From Gonapodya sp. JEL0774 (taxonomy: Eukaryota): 56,050 bases of DNA. A model generated the notes under the pieces. The model had not been told where the DNA came from and made no database searches. It saw only the letters and a program-made list of their open reading frames with translations. The stretch covers positions 124,001-180,050 of the forward strand of contig JADIIX010000032.1 in assembly GCA_027604505.1 (NCBI GenBank). The letters are read 5' to 3'. Of the stretch, positions 1-12,753 are shown one piece after another; positions within the stretch are counted from its first letter, which is position 1; every line of letters begins with the position of its first letter. The position numbers and the translations under genes were made by a program.

Positions 1-127
1 CCGATTTCCCTCCAAGGTAGGAGGTTCTTCGACATACTTTGTGAAGAGGCGGGGAAGCTCAGATATTCGTTCAATTCAATTGTGATGATTTAACACGCCC
101 ATATCGTTGCAACGCGCACCCAACCAG

Positions 128-565
128 GACGCGATCAAGTCAATGCTCTTTGTCGTTTCAACAATCCTCGGTGGCTACATAAGCGCCCGACTTGGAGGTA
201 CAATAGGAGTCGCTGCTGGCCCGTTCGGTCCGGGTGTAACAAATGATCCAGGGGCCTTCCAAGTCGCGAATGACGTGCCCATGCTGATTCCAGGACTGGG
301 CCCGTGGGGTACGACCATTCTCTCCGGGATAATATCGATGTTCGGGGCGAGAGTCGCTCGAGGATGTACCGCAGGACATGGTTTCACGGGGTTCGCGTTA
401 CTGAGTGTGAGTGTGATCTCACGCTGTCATCTTGTCATCTTGTACGGGATCGCCTTCCTCAATCTCGTATCCGAATAGACGATCTCTATCTTTGCACTCG
501 GCTGCATCTTTGTGGGAGGGATTGCAAGCGCGTACCTGCTGAAACTATGGGTCACTCATGTGTGA
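128..565 (+). CDS. YeeE/YedE-family sulfur-compound transporter, 3' exons only (gene starts before window)
   Basis: Hydrophobic helices with the family motif FGARVARGCTAGHG. Intron 407-478 (GTGAGT..TAG) joins to the final TM exon TISIFALGCIFVGGIASAYLLKLWVTHV*, stop 563-565. Confidence 0.8.
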
Positions 566-949
566 CGTAGGTCTGATTCGATTGGGGGCTAGAAATCAAC
601 TCGTCTTGCACTTTCCCACATAACATACCAACAAACTAATTCTGGAGCGTGAAGCGGCACACTAAAGAAAGTTACAACTTGCACTTTTCCTCAGTCTTTT
701 TGCTGTTTCTGTTCGTCACAAGAGTTGAACTAATAAGAAACAGAATCTAAATTCATTGACACGGAAGATCTTGTAGGAGACAGTCACCTTGTTACTTCAA
801 ATCCTGTGTCCAAGAACGTTCAATCAACGGTTTGCAAATGTATAATGTCCTATTCGGCAGTATGCCTATTATGTGCTGCTACATTGTGTTGATGATTTCG
901 GGAGGGTCTCACAGCACCCGCCCTCCCCATTGCTTTAAACCCTGTCAAA

Positions 950-2112
950 ATGGGTAACAAGCCATCCTCTACCCCATCGTCGTCCGCATCTTCCATTCGC
1001 CAGAGATTTGAGAGAGCTGGGAAAACAGGGGTTCTCTCTCTGGCAGGGGCAGGGTTGAAAGAACTACCAGGAGCGTTTGAGGCAGGTTTGGGGCGCGAGG
1101 AGGTAGCTGGCGTCAAGAGTTTGGACTTATCTGGAAACAAGTTTACTAGGATGTAAGCAAGTTGATCGAGACTCGACTGAGTGGAGGGAGCTGATGATTG
1201 GTGATCGTTCCACATCAGACCCCCAACGATCAGCGCATTCGAGAACGTCAAGATGGTCAATCTCGCCAGCAACTCCCTGACGTCTTTACCTTCGGAGCTG
1301 TTCGCTCTGAGTAAAATTGAAACGCTCAATATTGCTGGAAACTTGTTGGGAACTTTACCAGAAGGTGCGGGAAAGGCGATGTCATGGCTTGATCATCCAG
1401 AATCGTGCTCATCACCACAGCCTCTCTCTGCCGCTCGACACTACTGTAACTGGTCCATTGATTGTCACTGTTGGGCAGCCATCTCAAAGCTTACTTCTCT
1501 CCGTACCCTTAATCTCTCAAAGAACTCCTTGAGGTCTCTGCCCTCGACCTTGGGTACGCTGTCAAGCTTACGCGTCCTCCTCATTGATGGTTGGCATGAA
1601 TCTGGCGGCGGACTTCGGTCACCCTTTTCATGTACCTCCTTTTCTTGGTTTCGTGTTTGTAGGGAATCGTCTCACGGCACTTCCACCTTCTCTTGGCAAT
1701 CTGACAAGCCTTGAGGAATTGAATGTCGATGACAATCAAATTGAGGTTGTTCCAACGGAGCTTGCAGGGTGCACTGCACTGAAAACACTGCGGCTGTCGG
1801 GGAACAAGATTGAGAAGGAGGGCATGCCGGGCGAAATCTTCACCGAAACAAAGGTCAATGTCGTTTCATTGGTGAGTCCTGCAACGTTACTTAACGGTTC
1901 TTGAGGCTCGTGTGTCCAGTGCTGATTATTCAACATAAATCTTTCAGGACCGAAATCCCATCAGAGATTCGGATATTCAACAGATACCTGGTTTTGATAC
2001 AGTGAGTCATTAAGGCAGGGAAATCGTGTTATGTTGCAACCATGACCTGGTTCCATTGCAGTACAACGCCCGTCGCAAAACCAGAGTCGATCAAACAGCG
2101 CCGACCATTTAA
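950..2112 (+). CDS. LRRC57: Leucine-rich repeat protein, LRRC57-like (multi-exon)
   Basis: MGN N-terminus (myristoylation-like), RFERAGKTGVLSL, then repeated LxLxxNxLxxLP units over several short exons. Ends YNARRKTRVDQTAPTI* (TAA 2110-2112). Confidence 0.8.
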
Positions 2113-2231
2113 ATGACACCTTATGGTTTTTCATACTATCTCCGGCTCACTTAACATATATGTATTGGGTTTACAGTCAGTCATTTTGCGTGACAGAAAT
2201 CACCAATCGTGGTGATCCTCCCACAATACTC

Positions 2232-3575
2232 ATGCCCCCACGATTTGAGAAGATTCCATTCACATTCAACGTTTCACAATCATCGGAGTCGGGATCGACT
2301 CATTTACAAGCCCATGTAGTGACTTCTCATGTTTTGGAGGCTGATTATGCGTGCGTGGCGATGTTCTTGCAAATTGGACCTGTGGGCATGAGTTGAATCC
2401 TCCTATGCAGCGCCTATACCTGGCCATCTGCACTTGTCCTGTCGTTCTGGATAGCAAGAAATTTAAATCACTTGCTTACCTCGTCCTCCGGTCACTGTCC
2501 CGAGCCTATGGAGATTCTGGAGCTGGGATCTGGAACCGGACTGGTAGGAACACTTGCGGCCAAATCCTTGAGGGTTCTTGGCTATGAGAACTTTCGAGTA
2601 GTGTTGACAGACCTCTCTGAACCGGATTGGTTGCTGGAGAATTTGTCGAGAACTGTGGACTCGAGTGGGTTGGCTCGTGATGGAAGGATTCTAGTGACCC
2701 CATTGGAATGGGGGAAATTCCATAAGCCCGTGTCGACTATCATGGATTTATGTCCGGACAAGCAAGACAACGATGTTGGTGCATTAGAAAAGGCACTCTC
2801 TGTGCTAGCGCCGTTCCTGGAGAGTGAGCTTCAAGCGTCCACCCCATATACGAATACCTCCATCTCCCCCTTCACAAACCTTCGCTATATCCTTGGCGCC
2901 GACCTTTTCTACGATCCTTCTCAGTTTTCTGACCTCCTCTGTACCGTCTCGTACATCCTACACAAGTTTCCCGATGCCACGTTCTTCACCGCCTACCACG
3001 AACGGTCTTCAAAGCGGTCTATTGTGGATAAATTGGCGAAATGGGAACTGAAAGGGAAGGTTAGGCCATGGGGGTTTGGAGAGGACGAACTGGGCGAGTG
3101 GTGGTTGGCGTGGAAACGGGAGCGAGCGAGAACCCATTTGGAACAGGAACGGGACTCAGTAAACATGGAGCAAACAATATCGACAGTGTCTGTAAAGCAG
3201 TCACCGCCTTTCCACCAACAAAGAGCTGCCACACTCCGACAGTACATTGCCCCCTCCCTCGCATTGTACGAGTCAGACTCGGATGAGCACTTGGAATCAA
3301 GCTCTGATGTATCTGTGGGCGGTTGTAATCCACAGAACGAGGAAGCCTTGGTGGAAGAAGGAGCTGGCGATCGATTTTATAGTGAATCGAGCGAATCAGG
3401 ACGGAAGATTGAATTTGAAGACAGTGATTCGAATAGTGCCCAACGAACGGAATCCTCCAATGACAACGAGGAGGAGGACCTTTATGCTCGGGACCTTGCG
3501 ACTTTCCTAGCGACTTTTGATGGTATTTTCTTACTAGAAATCACCTTGGATACACCCTCTATGAAACCTTCATGA
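2232..3575 (+). CDS. Class I SAM-dependent protein methyltransferase (Methyltransf_16, METTL23-like) with acidic C-terminal region
   Basis: One short intron (~2351-2409) gives DYAAYTWPSALVL. Motifs ILELGSGTGL, VVLTD, LEWG, ILGADLFYD, FFTAYHERS. Confidence 0.85.
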
Positions 3576-3657
3576 AGGAGAGTGTACGATGGCTTTGAGA
3601 TATTAATTCGTTGGGACACATGTATTTACAACTCTCAAGTGAACGAAACCTCGCAAC

Positions 3658-6452
3658 CTACGACGCCTCCACGGCAACCCTACTCTCAGCCCCGATACTT
3701 TCCCCACCAGCCTTTCTCGGTGCTTTCACTCGGGGCTTTTCCCGTCCCACCCAGTTCGGCGTCCAGCCACCTCCACTCTCTCTAGCGTAAAAGTCCATAG
3801 GATACACATCATCCAACGCCTTTACTTGACCCAATGCTACACAGGCTTCATAAGGTGACAAGAGGGGCTTCGGAAATTGGTGGCCCCAATCAATGGACAG
3901 CCTGGGACAAGCGACTTGTACAAATGCTTCCACGTCCGCTATCAGAGAGAGTTTCCGCGGGAAAATTTCCGACAGGAGAATTGTGATGTGTTTGATCCCC
4001 CTTGCATCCAAAAGTGTCCGCAAATGCTCCACAACTGCTGGACTTCCTTGCCTCCCCAACGTGCCAACAATCAACCCCCATGACCGCGCCTTTGTCGCCT
4101 CCTCAATCGCTGCTTTGCGCAGACTCAATGTTCGAGCGTGATCGTATCGTTCTAGAGTAAAGGTGCGAGCGTAGGGGTCGTAGCGGTAGGCGGGCAGGTG
4201 GGGGTTGTGGATCATGGCGGACTCGAGGTGGAACCGGCCGTCTCCGAGGTACCTGAAGCACGATTGGAGAGCGAGTACCGGAGGTAGTTCACGTTGCGAT
4301 TTTTTATAGAGCCGTTCGAGGAGGAGGAATACCTTGACCTCTCACTCAGAAACTCACACAATGGCATCGACACTCCCCTCTGGGATTCTTGGACTCGTAC
4401 ATCCGAGTACTTCTCCGGGACTCAGGGGCTTTGTTTGTGGTATCGTGATCTTAAACCCTCCTTTCACCTTTTGCGTATCCCCTTCCTGGCTCTCCCCCTC
4501 CTTCGACTCCTCTAGGACCTCCTTTTCCAATTCGGCCTTGGCGGCATGTAATCCACCAACAAACTGAATGGTCGCAACCATTGCCAACCTGGAATTTGCA
4601 GGCAAATTGTTTCTCAAGGTAGCGAGCAAGTGCGGTTGGTCGATGAGGATTTCCACAAACACGTAAAGAGTGGGGAGAGAGGTGGTCGAGACGGGGACTA
4701 CAGAGATTGAGCAAAGGTAAGGTGTGGGAAACGGTTAGTGAAATTGGGAGTTTGTAATATCGTGAGGATGGATGGTTTCGCATCCACACACGTGTTCCCC
4801 ATGCCAATGAAATCAATTATCATAAAAGAATATTTCCGATTATCCCGCTCCAACTCCTCCAACACCGTGTTCCCGTGGGGTTACGACTCTCCTTTCCGAC
4901 CGACACACCGCGGGTTGCCCTCCATCTTACTCATCCGGTCTCTGATTGTGAAAGTTTCTCGTTCTCATCCATCGCGCAAATACCACTCGCAGTCGCACCA
5001 CACCACACCGCGCCATTCCTTCCCTTTCAACTCCTTACGCTCCGCGGCTCACAACTAAGCAAAGCTCGCACACAACCCATGGTTCAACTCACCTAAACAG
5101 CTATGCCCGTAGTGGATCAAAAAATCACACCCAACTGCCTTTGCCGTGTAATCGTCTACGCAGCAGGCACCATACGTGACATCGCCCATGATAACGGTCG
5201 AAATATGGGCAAATCTGTAACGTGAAAAATTGGTTTCAAACAAGTCAGGAAAGGTGTACAGATAGTTTGAGAAGGGGATGAATAAGGAATCCTATTGAGT
5301 ACGGAACAAATTGCCAGCCTGCACTGCTGTACCTGGTTGGATCACTCTGATTCCGCTACGAACTTTGGCAACGTGACATGCCTTCCTCCACCCGAACTTG
5401 CGCCGCATCTAACACCTTCACCACACTTACCTCTGCAATATATCCGAAATCGTACACGCAAACATCAAGAGCCCCTCGGGCATTTGAAGTCCCACACAGG
5501 TAGCTCCTGCTTTGCGCACCGCGTGGACTGACTTGTAGATTTCGAACTCGTAGTTTTTGGGTAAAGTAGATTGAACTGCTGCGTTGAGCAAAGGATCGTT
5601 GAGGATGGATGTGGGAATTTGAGAGGCGAGTGTAGGTTTGGACCGTTTGGACGCTGGGGTTGGTGGCATGGGAGGGGAAGTGGATATCATTTTCATTGAT
5701 TCCGAAATGGCTTTCAAATCAAGCTCCATTCTTTCTCAGGACCTGTTGGATGCCACTTGACAAAGCACCACCGCGAAACGGGAGACGCATTGGCCAGAGT
5801 GAGATCCATGTGGTGCTCATACCCCCGTTCCGTTTGCTCAGTGGATCTCGAATATGGTGGTGCGGATTACTCGACATGCAGCATGTTTCATAATATGCCT
5901 GGGATGGGGAAGTTGCTGCACATGCAGAGGTCACACGAACAACTCTGCACTACCCAAATTGGGCGGAATCCATTTAAATATGCAGAGTAGTTGCCAGAGA
6001 ATGCATACGTTGTGTGGACAATAAGTTCTGGTAAAGATCTCGAGGGGTTCCGAATGTCGAGGCGAGGAGCAACTCTAACACGTGCTTAGCAGTGCCTCCC
6101 CGCTTGTCAGATGAGCAGCAAGCAGTAACTGCCAGGGCAAGATGTCTGGTAGCCTCCGCTCGTTGCTCCAGCTCCCTTGTCGAAGGTGAAGATACTCAAT
6201 CAGAAACCTGTCACAGTACCCACCAGCCATAAGTCCCGCAGCGTCCTCCACCGAGACTTCTCCATCCATTTTGTGGGCTGCTGCTGCTTTCTTTTTCGCA
6301 GTGCCTACGAATCTTTTCGGTCTCGAGTTGGGTTTCCCATCCAGTTTCGCGTCGGGTTTCGCATCGGGTTTCTCATAGGGTTGAAGAGGGGAAGAAGTAG
6401 AAGGCGCTGCCGTCGATGAGACGGTGGGTTCAATGGGCACCGATGAATCCAT
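3658..6452 (-). CDS. DPH1: Diphthamide biosynthesis protein 1 (multi-exon)
   Basis: PKRFVG N-terminus. Motifs [83 protein letters not shown]. Confidence 0.97.
5754..6188 (-). ncRNA. Candidate structured RNA inside the 570-nt first intron of DPH1 (unidentified)
   Basis: Nested, nearly abutting perfect 8-bp inverted pairs: 5765-5772/5856-5863, 5801-5808/5842-5849, 5870-5877/6054-6061, 5942-5949/5981-5988, 6066-6073/6162-6169. Closed by an imperfect stem 5754-5763/6177-6188. Confidence 0.35.
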
Positions 6453-6560
6453 AAGTGGTGCTAGTGAACACTTTTGGGAGCGAACACTACATAGGTTGAA
6501 GCTGCCGAATACAACAAATGTTTTTGCCAGTTGCGTTTATTTAAACAGAAGGACAACAGC

Positions 6561-7105
6561 ATGGCTCAGGAAAGTCAGTGGGCGTAACGCATTCTCTATC
6601 GCTTCCTTATCCCTCTTGTCCTACTCATCCAGTATTCTGTTCCAAATCAAATCTCATGGGACCTTTTCCTAACAGTCCCGGTAGAAGAAGCAGCCCGTCG
6701 CAGATTCGATGAGCTTATGGTCAAAGTAGTTGAAATCGAATCTGTGAGCTTCGCTTTCTCCTTGTTCCTTCCCAAGTGTCCGCTCAGCGCTTCGAACATC
6801 TTGCTGATACATGTGAGCAAACTGTCATTGATTCACGTATCATTTTCAGGACAACGAAAAGCAGCTCGCTAAAGTCTACAAAATGCGCAGAGAAGTCCAA
6901 AGGCTGAAAACTGAGAAGAGGTCAGTTGTTCGACCTCCAACACGGTCTCCTCTGCGTTCCAACCAGTGAACGCTGCTCCCGTCCCCACGGATCTCCAATA
7001 CTTCAACCCCCCGAACCTCCAATCTTCTTCTATAGCATTCTCTGGGAGCACTATGACTCCTTGCAGTCGGGCCAGGCTAATGGTCAGGAGCGTGCTGGGC
7101 GATGA
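6561..7105 (+). CDS. Small 73-aa coiled-coil protein, resembling the INO80E/TFPT N-terminal helix (4 exons; absent from ORF track)
   Basis: Exons 6561-6573, 6676-6743, 6850-6920 and 7036-7105 with phase-compatible GT-AG introns give MAQEIPVEEAARRRFDELMVKVVEIESDNEKQLAKVYKMRREVQRLKTEKSILWEHYDSLQSGQANGQERAGR*. Confidence 0.7.
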
Positions 7106-7689
7106 CGTGATTGGCGATTGATAGTACACTCCAGGACGGAAACCGTGATGCACACGGGATAGTGGCATACGCCTGTATTGTCAAGTTGCTCCTTCTTTCG
7201 CGATCAGATTGTCGGCCAACAGACACATGGGTTACGTGGTGCGGAATATGAGATATGAGGGAGTGGTTTCTCGGTAATGGAACATGGAGGATATTATTGG
7301 CACTATTTGAACATGGGGGGAGTGGTTGGTGAACACTTCAGATATCGGTCGGCGCGTGGTTACTCCGTCCTCGACTATCACTTCTTTTGCTGGTGGAGCG
7401 AAGATGTGGAACTTCCCGCCACTCTTGAACGTGCTTGTATTGTCTAACGTTAGCAGTTACGTCCTGGTCGTATCAGCGACGAGCAAAGAGATACTGATTT
7501 TAATCTAGCCATTAATTCCTTTACTCTCTGAATTACGATGTGGCAGGCCACTCCAACCTCACACGAGACCGCCGCTGTCTATCCCGCTTCGAACTCTAAT
7601 TCTTCTCTTCCCCCCAAATGCATCCCCGATCATCCGCCTTCTTTGGCAATGTCACCGATGGAAATCACACCGGCCCCCGCGGGCGCGCA

Positions 7690-8264
7690 AACAAGTTCAC
7701 TATGACGTTGAGAAACTTCGCCTCCTTCGCGAACACTCCATTTCACATGTATTCCAGACCCACGGATATCAGTGGAGGTTAGCCGTTGCGCGGACTGTTT
7801 GTGATGATTTCGTGAAGCTTACATGGAAAGTCTTGTACGTCCACCAATGGGCATCTATAGACGTTGACATCGCGCACGTCATCTCTTTGACGCTTGCACA
7901 TTTCGTCAAATGGATGTATGGTTACACCTTCTATGAGCAAAAAGTACCAAACATCTCCAACCACAACCACATCTGGGACCTCTTAAACCTCGCCCTTTAT
8001 TGGGAAATGGACACTTGTGCAGACAAACTACTAGTTATCTTTGCTCCCCGTCTTTTGCGACCTGCACATTTTGCCGACACCTACGAAAGGGCTATTCAGC
8101 AGGGCCTCGAACAGCTGGCTGTCTTGGTGAAGAAATATGTTCAACTCAATGGGCTAGAGATTTCGCAGAGCAAGGACACCATACTTGTTTCATTTGCGGG
8201 AAGCAAAGAAAAGGGGGAGCTTCTCAACGAAGTGATTCATTCAATGGCATCAACCAAGAAATGA
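7690..8264 (+). pseudogene. Degenerate MATH/BTB-like gene fragment
   Basis: MATH-like KFTMTLRNFAS and VFQTHGYQWRL lie in different frames. They are followed by the BTB C-terminal-like FVKWMYG...LLNLALYWEMDTC. No clear intact start. Confidence 0.45.
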
Positions 8265-8505
8265 AGACATGAATTCACTTCCATCATCGGCAATGCGAGA
8301 GAGACCGCCTGTGTCGAACACACATTGTAAGAGGGCCTCTCAAAAATATTCAAGTAACAATCAGACTTATTTCTGTATACAATACAAATTGTCTCTAGGT
8401 GACTCAGCATTCGCTCAACAACATCCAGATGGTTGGTGAGTTTCGAGTGTGCAGTGTATAGAACAGTGGCACGTGGAGAAACTTTTTCAGAACTGGCCCA
8501 GATGG

Positions 8506-9312
8506 TCAACCCCACTTTGCTAATGGCGGTTTCCCAGGCTCTCGGACACCCTCGATTTCGGCGGCTCCTAGGTACCGCAGGAGAATTTCAGCATCTTCTA
8601 CTCCAACCCCATTTCGACGCGCAAGTTCCTCCAGAGTCCATGCATTGGGGCCCGGTCGGAGTTTTCGTCGCTGCGTTAGTAGGGATTCCAGCTCCGTGGC
8701 TAACAGACGGCCGGAAGTTTGCGACGAAGATTTGGTAGTAGGTTTTATGGTGGAGGAGCTGGTGGGCGGTTCGGGAAGACGTGGTGTGGATAATGATGCT
8801 CGGCGGGCACGGGATCGAACGACTGTGACAAGGTCATTGTGCTGAGTTCAGATAAGGAAGCGAGTAAGAAACGGGACCCGTGAGTTATCATCATGTACGG
8901 GATTTCAATTGCTTCGATCGTCCATGTTGGGCACCCACTGGTTCTACTTCGAATGCCGAAGATTCGTTCACGCGCCCAACGTTTTCGAATTTGATGTTGC
9001 GCATTCGATCAGCGACTTGACGGTCCCGGGCGTCCACTGTAAGTACGAGAGAGGAACAGGCAATGCAGCGAAGCAATTCAAATATCAAACACAAGACGGA
9101 GTGCAAAAGAACAATCCCCCAAACACTGTCAACAACTTACTCTCCGTGACAACTTCATCGATTTCCGGTGCCAGTGGTCTCGCCGCGAGGGGTAGTGTGC
9201 TCGGGTTCACTGACGGAGAGGTAGGTGTATGACTGGGATGGGCAGCGCTTACTGCTTCCTGCAGGGTTTCACGGGCTGCTCGAGCTGCAGTTCGCGATGT
9301 GGATGCGCCCAT
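8506..9312 (-). CDS. NDUFAF4: Complex I assembly factor NDUFAF4-like (3 exons)
   Basis: MGASTSR N-terminus, DRQVADRMRNI, and C-terminal GRLLATELESLL...AWTLEELARRNGVGVEDAEILLRYL matching the NDUFAF4 pattern. Stop 8506-8508. Confidence 0.7.
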
Positions 9313-9577
9313 AGTCTGTATCAGAAGTTTGTAAAGTTGAATATCGGTGACGTGGTGATCGAACTTCTCTTCTCAATAGAGTGCAGAGGACGGCACAACC
9401 CGATTCCCCCGCCGAGACTTGACATATAAACCAGCGCATTCCCACCAAATCTGCGCATCTCTCCCGCTGGCAACCCGCGTTCCACTCCGCATTCGCGCCG
9501 TCTTTGGCATCGGCGCAACAGCCATTGCTGCATCAGGAATATCATCTGCTTCCTCCTTCGTCACTTGCCAATCTGCT

Positions 9578-11633
9578 ATGGCTCTGTCAACCTCCACCTC
9601 CCATCTTCCACCGGGAGTACGTCAATCGAACGTTGCAAACCCCGTGGGCACATCGAAGCCAGATCACCACCAAAAAGGTGGTGGATTTGTAAACCCTTGG
9701 CCATCGTTCCAAGGGCACGGATTTCTGGACGCTTTCAAGCTCTTCGTAATGTAAGTCATGAAACGAGCAGCTTGTGTGCTGTAAAAAGTGAATGCCTTTC
9801 CATCTTCTCGGTTATGGAATTGTTGCTGCTCTCAACGTAGCGGCAACGAGTACAACTCTGGTTCGTCACACTCATTCCAGCCCCCCATGAAGATAAATGG
9901 AAATTGAAACGTTGGCCCCCACAGAACGCAGCAAACCTCCTCCTGAAGCGGAGAGGGTCCCCGTCATTCGACCCGATTTCGATGCAATCGAATCTTTCCA
10001 TCAAAGATGCAGGTGACTTTCCCGTTATCCACTTTAATCCTATGCTTGGAGGTAGCCACTCATCTCAGTAATTTTGTGCGCTTGCTCAAGTGAGGGCAAA
10101 GCTAAAGTTCGTGCTACATGGATTGGGCATGCGGCAATGTTTGTCCAGATTGGAGGGATAAATGTCCTCGCTGCAAGTACAGCATTGTGTTTAGTCTCAT
10201 TTGACAGAATTCTTTCTAATGCATCGTTTGCCACCTTGGTCAAACCTCCAGGACCCTTGCTGTTCCGACCGCTGCTCTCCCGTCCAGTGGGCTGGCCGTG
10301 AGTATCCCGTGGCAGGGATCAGAGTCGGCCTCAGTTTCTCACCATGCCCCAAACCTTTGCCCCATCATCACCATTTGGACTAGCCCAGCGCCACCGGCCC
10401 CTTCCTTGCTCTTTATCTGATCTCCCTTCGATAGATGTCGTGATCATTTCCCATAACCAGTACGAGTCATTGTTTGTGCTCCTATCCTGTCCGATGACCC
10501 ACACCAGCTCCTCGATTTCCCGACCAGCTACGATCATCTGGATCTTCCTACTATCCAGCGTCTATCCGAACTTAAAGTAGGTGCTCAGACAACGTACTTT
10601 GTTCCACTAGGGAACAAGGAATGGTTTAAGAAGAGCGCACCCGGAGTGAGAGTAGTGGAAGGTGATTGGTGGTACGTGGAGGTTTGACAGCCAATTTTGA
10701 AAAGGCTGCGTGCGGATGGCGCTTCTTGACTTCGATTTGTAGGGATGAATGGGAGTTCGAAAAAGATGCAGCCACAGGGCAAAAAGTCGAGAAGTCGAGC
10801 AAAGTAACAATCGCGTGCACGCCGGCCCAGGTGAGTCTACAATGCAATCATGTGTGTACGATTAAGCTGATCGCTGCGCTGCTTTTCGTGTCCTCTCAAC
10901 AGCATTTCTCGAGCCGAACAGCATGGGACAGAAACGCGACGCTATGGAGTAGCTGGTGAGACTTTTCAGCTGTGGGACGTGTCGCGCGTCTTCACATTTT
11001 TGAGCTTGCACCATTTTCAGGGTCGTCAAGTCCCCTTCGGCTTCATTCTTCTTTGGCGGGGACACAGGCTGTAAGCGCGCAGCTTTCGCTTTAGTTTGCT
11101 CCGCACAGCTTATAACAGATCATTGTCTCCTAGATCGCTCGGTACCTAAGGACTGGCCGGACCCATACAAAGATTTAGAAAAACTTCCCCACTGCCCAGC
11201 ATTCAAAGAGATCGGGAAGAAATACGGACCGTTCGATTTGGCAGCCATACCAATCGGCGCGTATTCTCCGAGGTAGGTATTGTCGCATCCAGTAAGTTCC
11301 CCATCATAAGCTTTGGAAGCCAATTCCCGTGGTGTTCCGTTTGGGTGACCAGGTGGTTCATGTCCGGCATACATTGCTCTCCAGAAGATTCTGTAGAATT
11401 GCACCGAGATATCGGATCGAGGAAGAGTGTGGGAATGCACTGGTAAGGAAGCTATCTGGTGAGGTGATGGTATGTGGTGACTCATCCCGACACCGAAATA
11501 TAGGGGAACCTTCAGTTTGACTGACGAAGCGTACTGGGAACCACCGCAGCGCCTCAAAGATGCCCTTAAAGCGAATGGTATCAGCGACGAGGAGTTTGTG
11601 ACAGTGGACATTGGTGGTGCAGTCGAAGTCTGA
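9578..11633 (+). CDS. NAPEPLD: N-acyl-phosphatidylethanolamine phospholipase D / Fmp30-like metallo-beta-lactamase (many small exons)
   Basis: Motifs [79 protein letters not shown]. Confidence 0.92.
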
Positions 11634-12753
11634 GTATGTGCGATTGCTATAGAAGGAGAATGCTGTAGACAAGATTTGTATTGAATTGAAATTTATGTGA
11701 TCAGTTGTTTGAACTTTGATGTGACCGGATCGAAATAATTGACTGTTGTGAGACGACCTTGGTGCGTGTGTCATAGTCGTAAGAACAAGTTGCTCTGGGT
11801 AACCTTTCCATCTCCGAATCACCTGTCACACGAGAGCATTCCACTTTTAAAGACAGCCGTTCTCGGCTCACTGGATGGTCTTCCTCGGGATCTTGGAGCT
11901 TCCCTCTTGCTGCTTCGGAGGAAAATCGTTACCCCTTTGTCACTCCATTCCCTGCAATTTCTGTTCCTCAGAACAACATCAAACCAGTTGTGCCAGCTAG
12001 GTGCCACTGGTGAATTTCCGGTATTCCTCATCTCTACGGCATGCCGGCCAATTGTTCTCGTCACTTCCCACATCTTCCCTATGAGGAAATCCGAACCACT
12101 CCCGTGAGCCTGGATCAAGAAATAAGTGATCCGGACAAAACTGCTACTACTGGTCCTGTAGAGGTCAGTTTCGTTGTAAACGCATGGTTGCCCCGATGCT
12201 GCAACCGTCGTCATTTCATCGCCGTGACAAAGTTCACTCTTTCCTCATCTTCTCAAACGTAGCAGCTCTTCTCTTTGAGAAATGCATCATTGAGTGACAG
12301 CGATACACTCACACTATGTGGAACTCTTGGGGACGTTGATCGACAGAAGAGGGAACTTGTGTGCCATCATCACGACATTGGCCGGAATTCCTTTTTGGAA
12401 GACAGAGAAACACCGTCAAGCGAAGGTAAAGGTGACAATTACTTTAAGCAGCTTGGATTGAACGTGCATTTAATGGCTCTTCCCTGGCTTTCTCATAGTT
12501 GAACTGTTACGCTTCTCCGGAGCCTCCCCATTATCCTCTTATAACACCACGATTGGCGTGGTAGACAATTTTGGTATGTGATCTGCGAATGCAGGTGATC
12601 TCAACTGTCGTTCTGACCCGTAACTGGGAAGCAGCATCCTCCGCCGTCAGTTTGAGAAGGCTTCAGTACCTCAACTCATGCGGTTTGACAAGTGCAATGA
12701 AAGAATTTTTGTTGTCCCTACTACTACCTACACACCCACCGCAAGTCGTTTGT

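Noticed and set aside
5715..5735. AATGGAGCTT (minus) resembling RNase MRP CR-V
   Set aside because: No matching GARAGUNYCC CR-I or P1 helix found.
11700..12500. Possible spliced minus-strand gene between NAPE-PLD and the large hypothetical gene
   Set aside because: Splice-like signals are present, but I could not build a stop-free model or recognise a domain.
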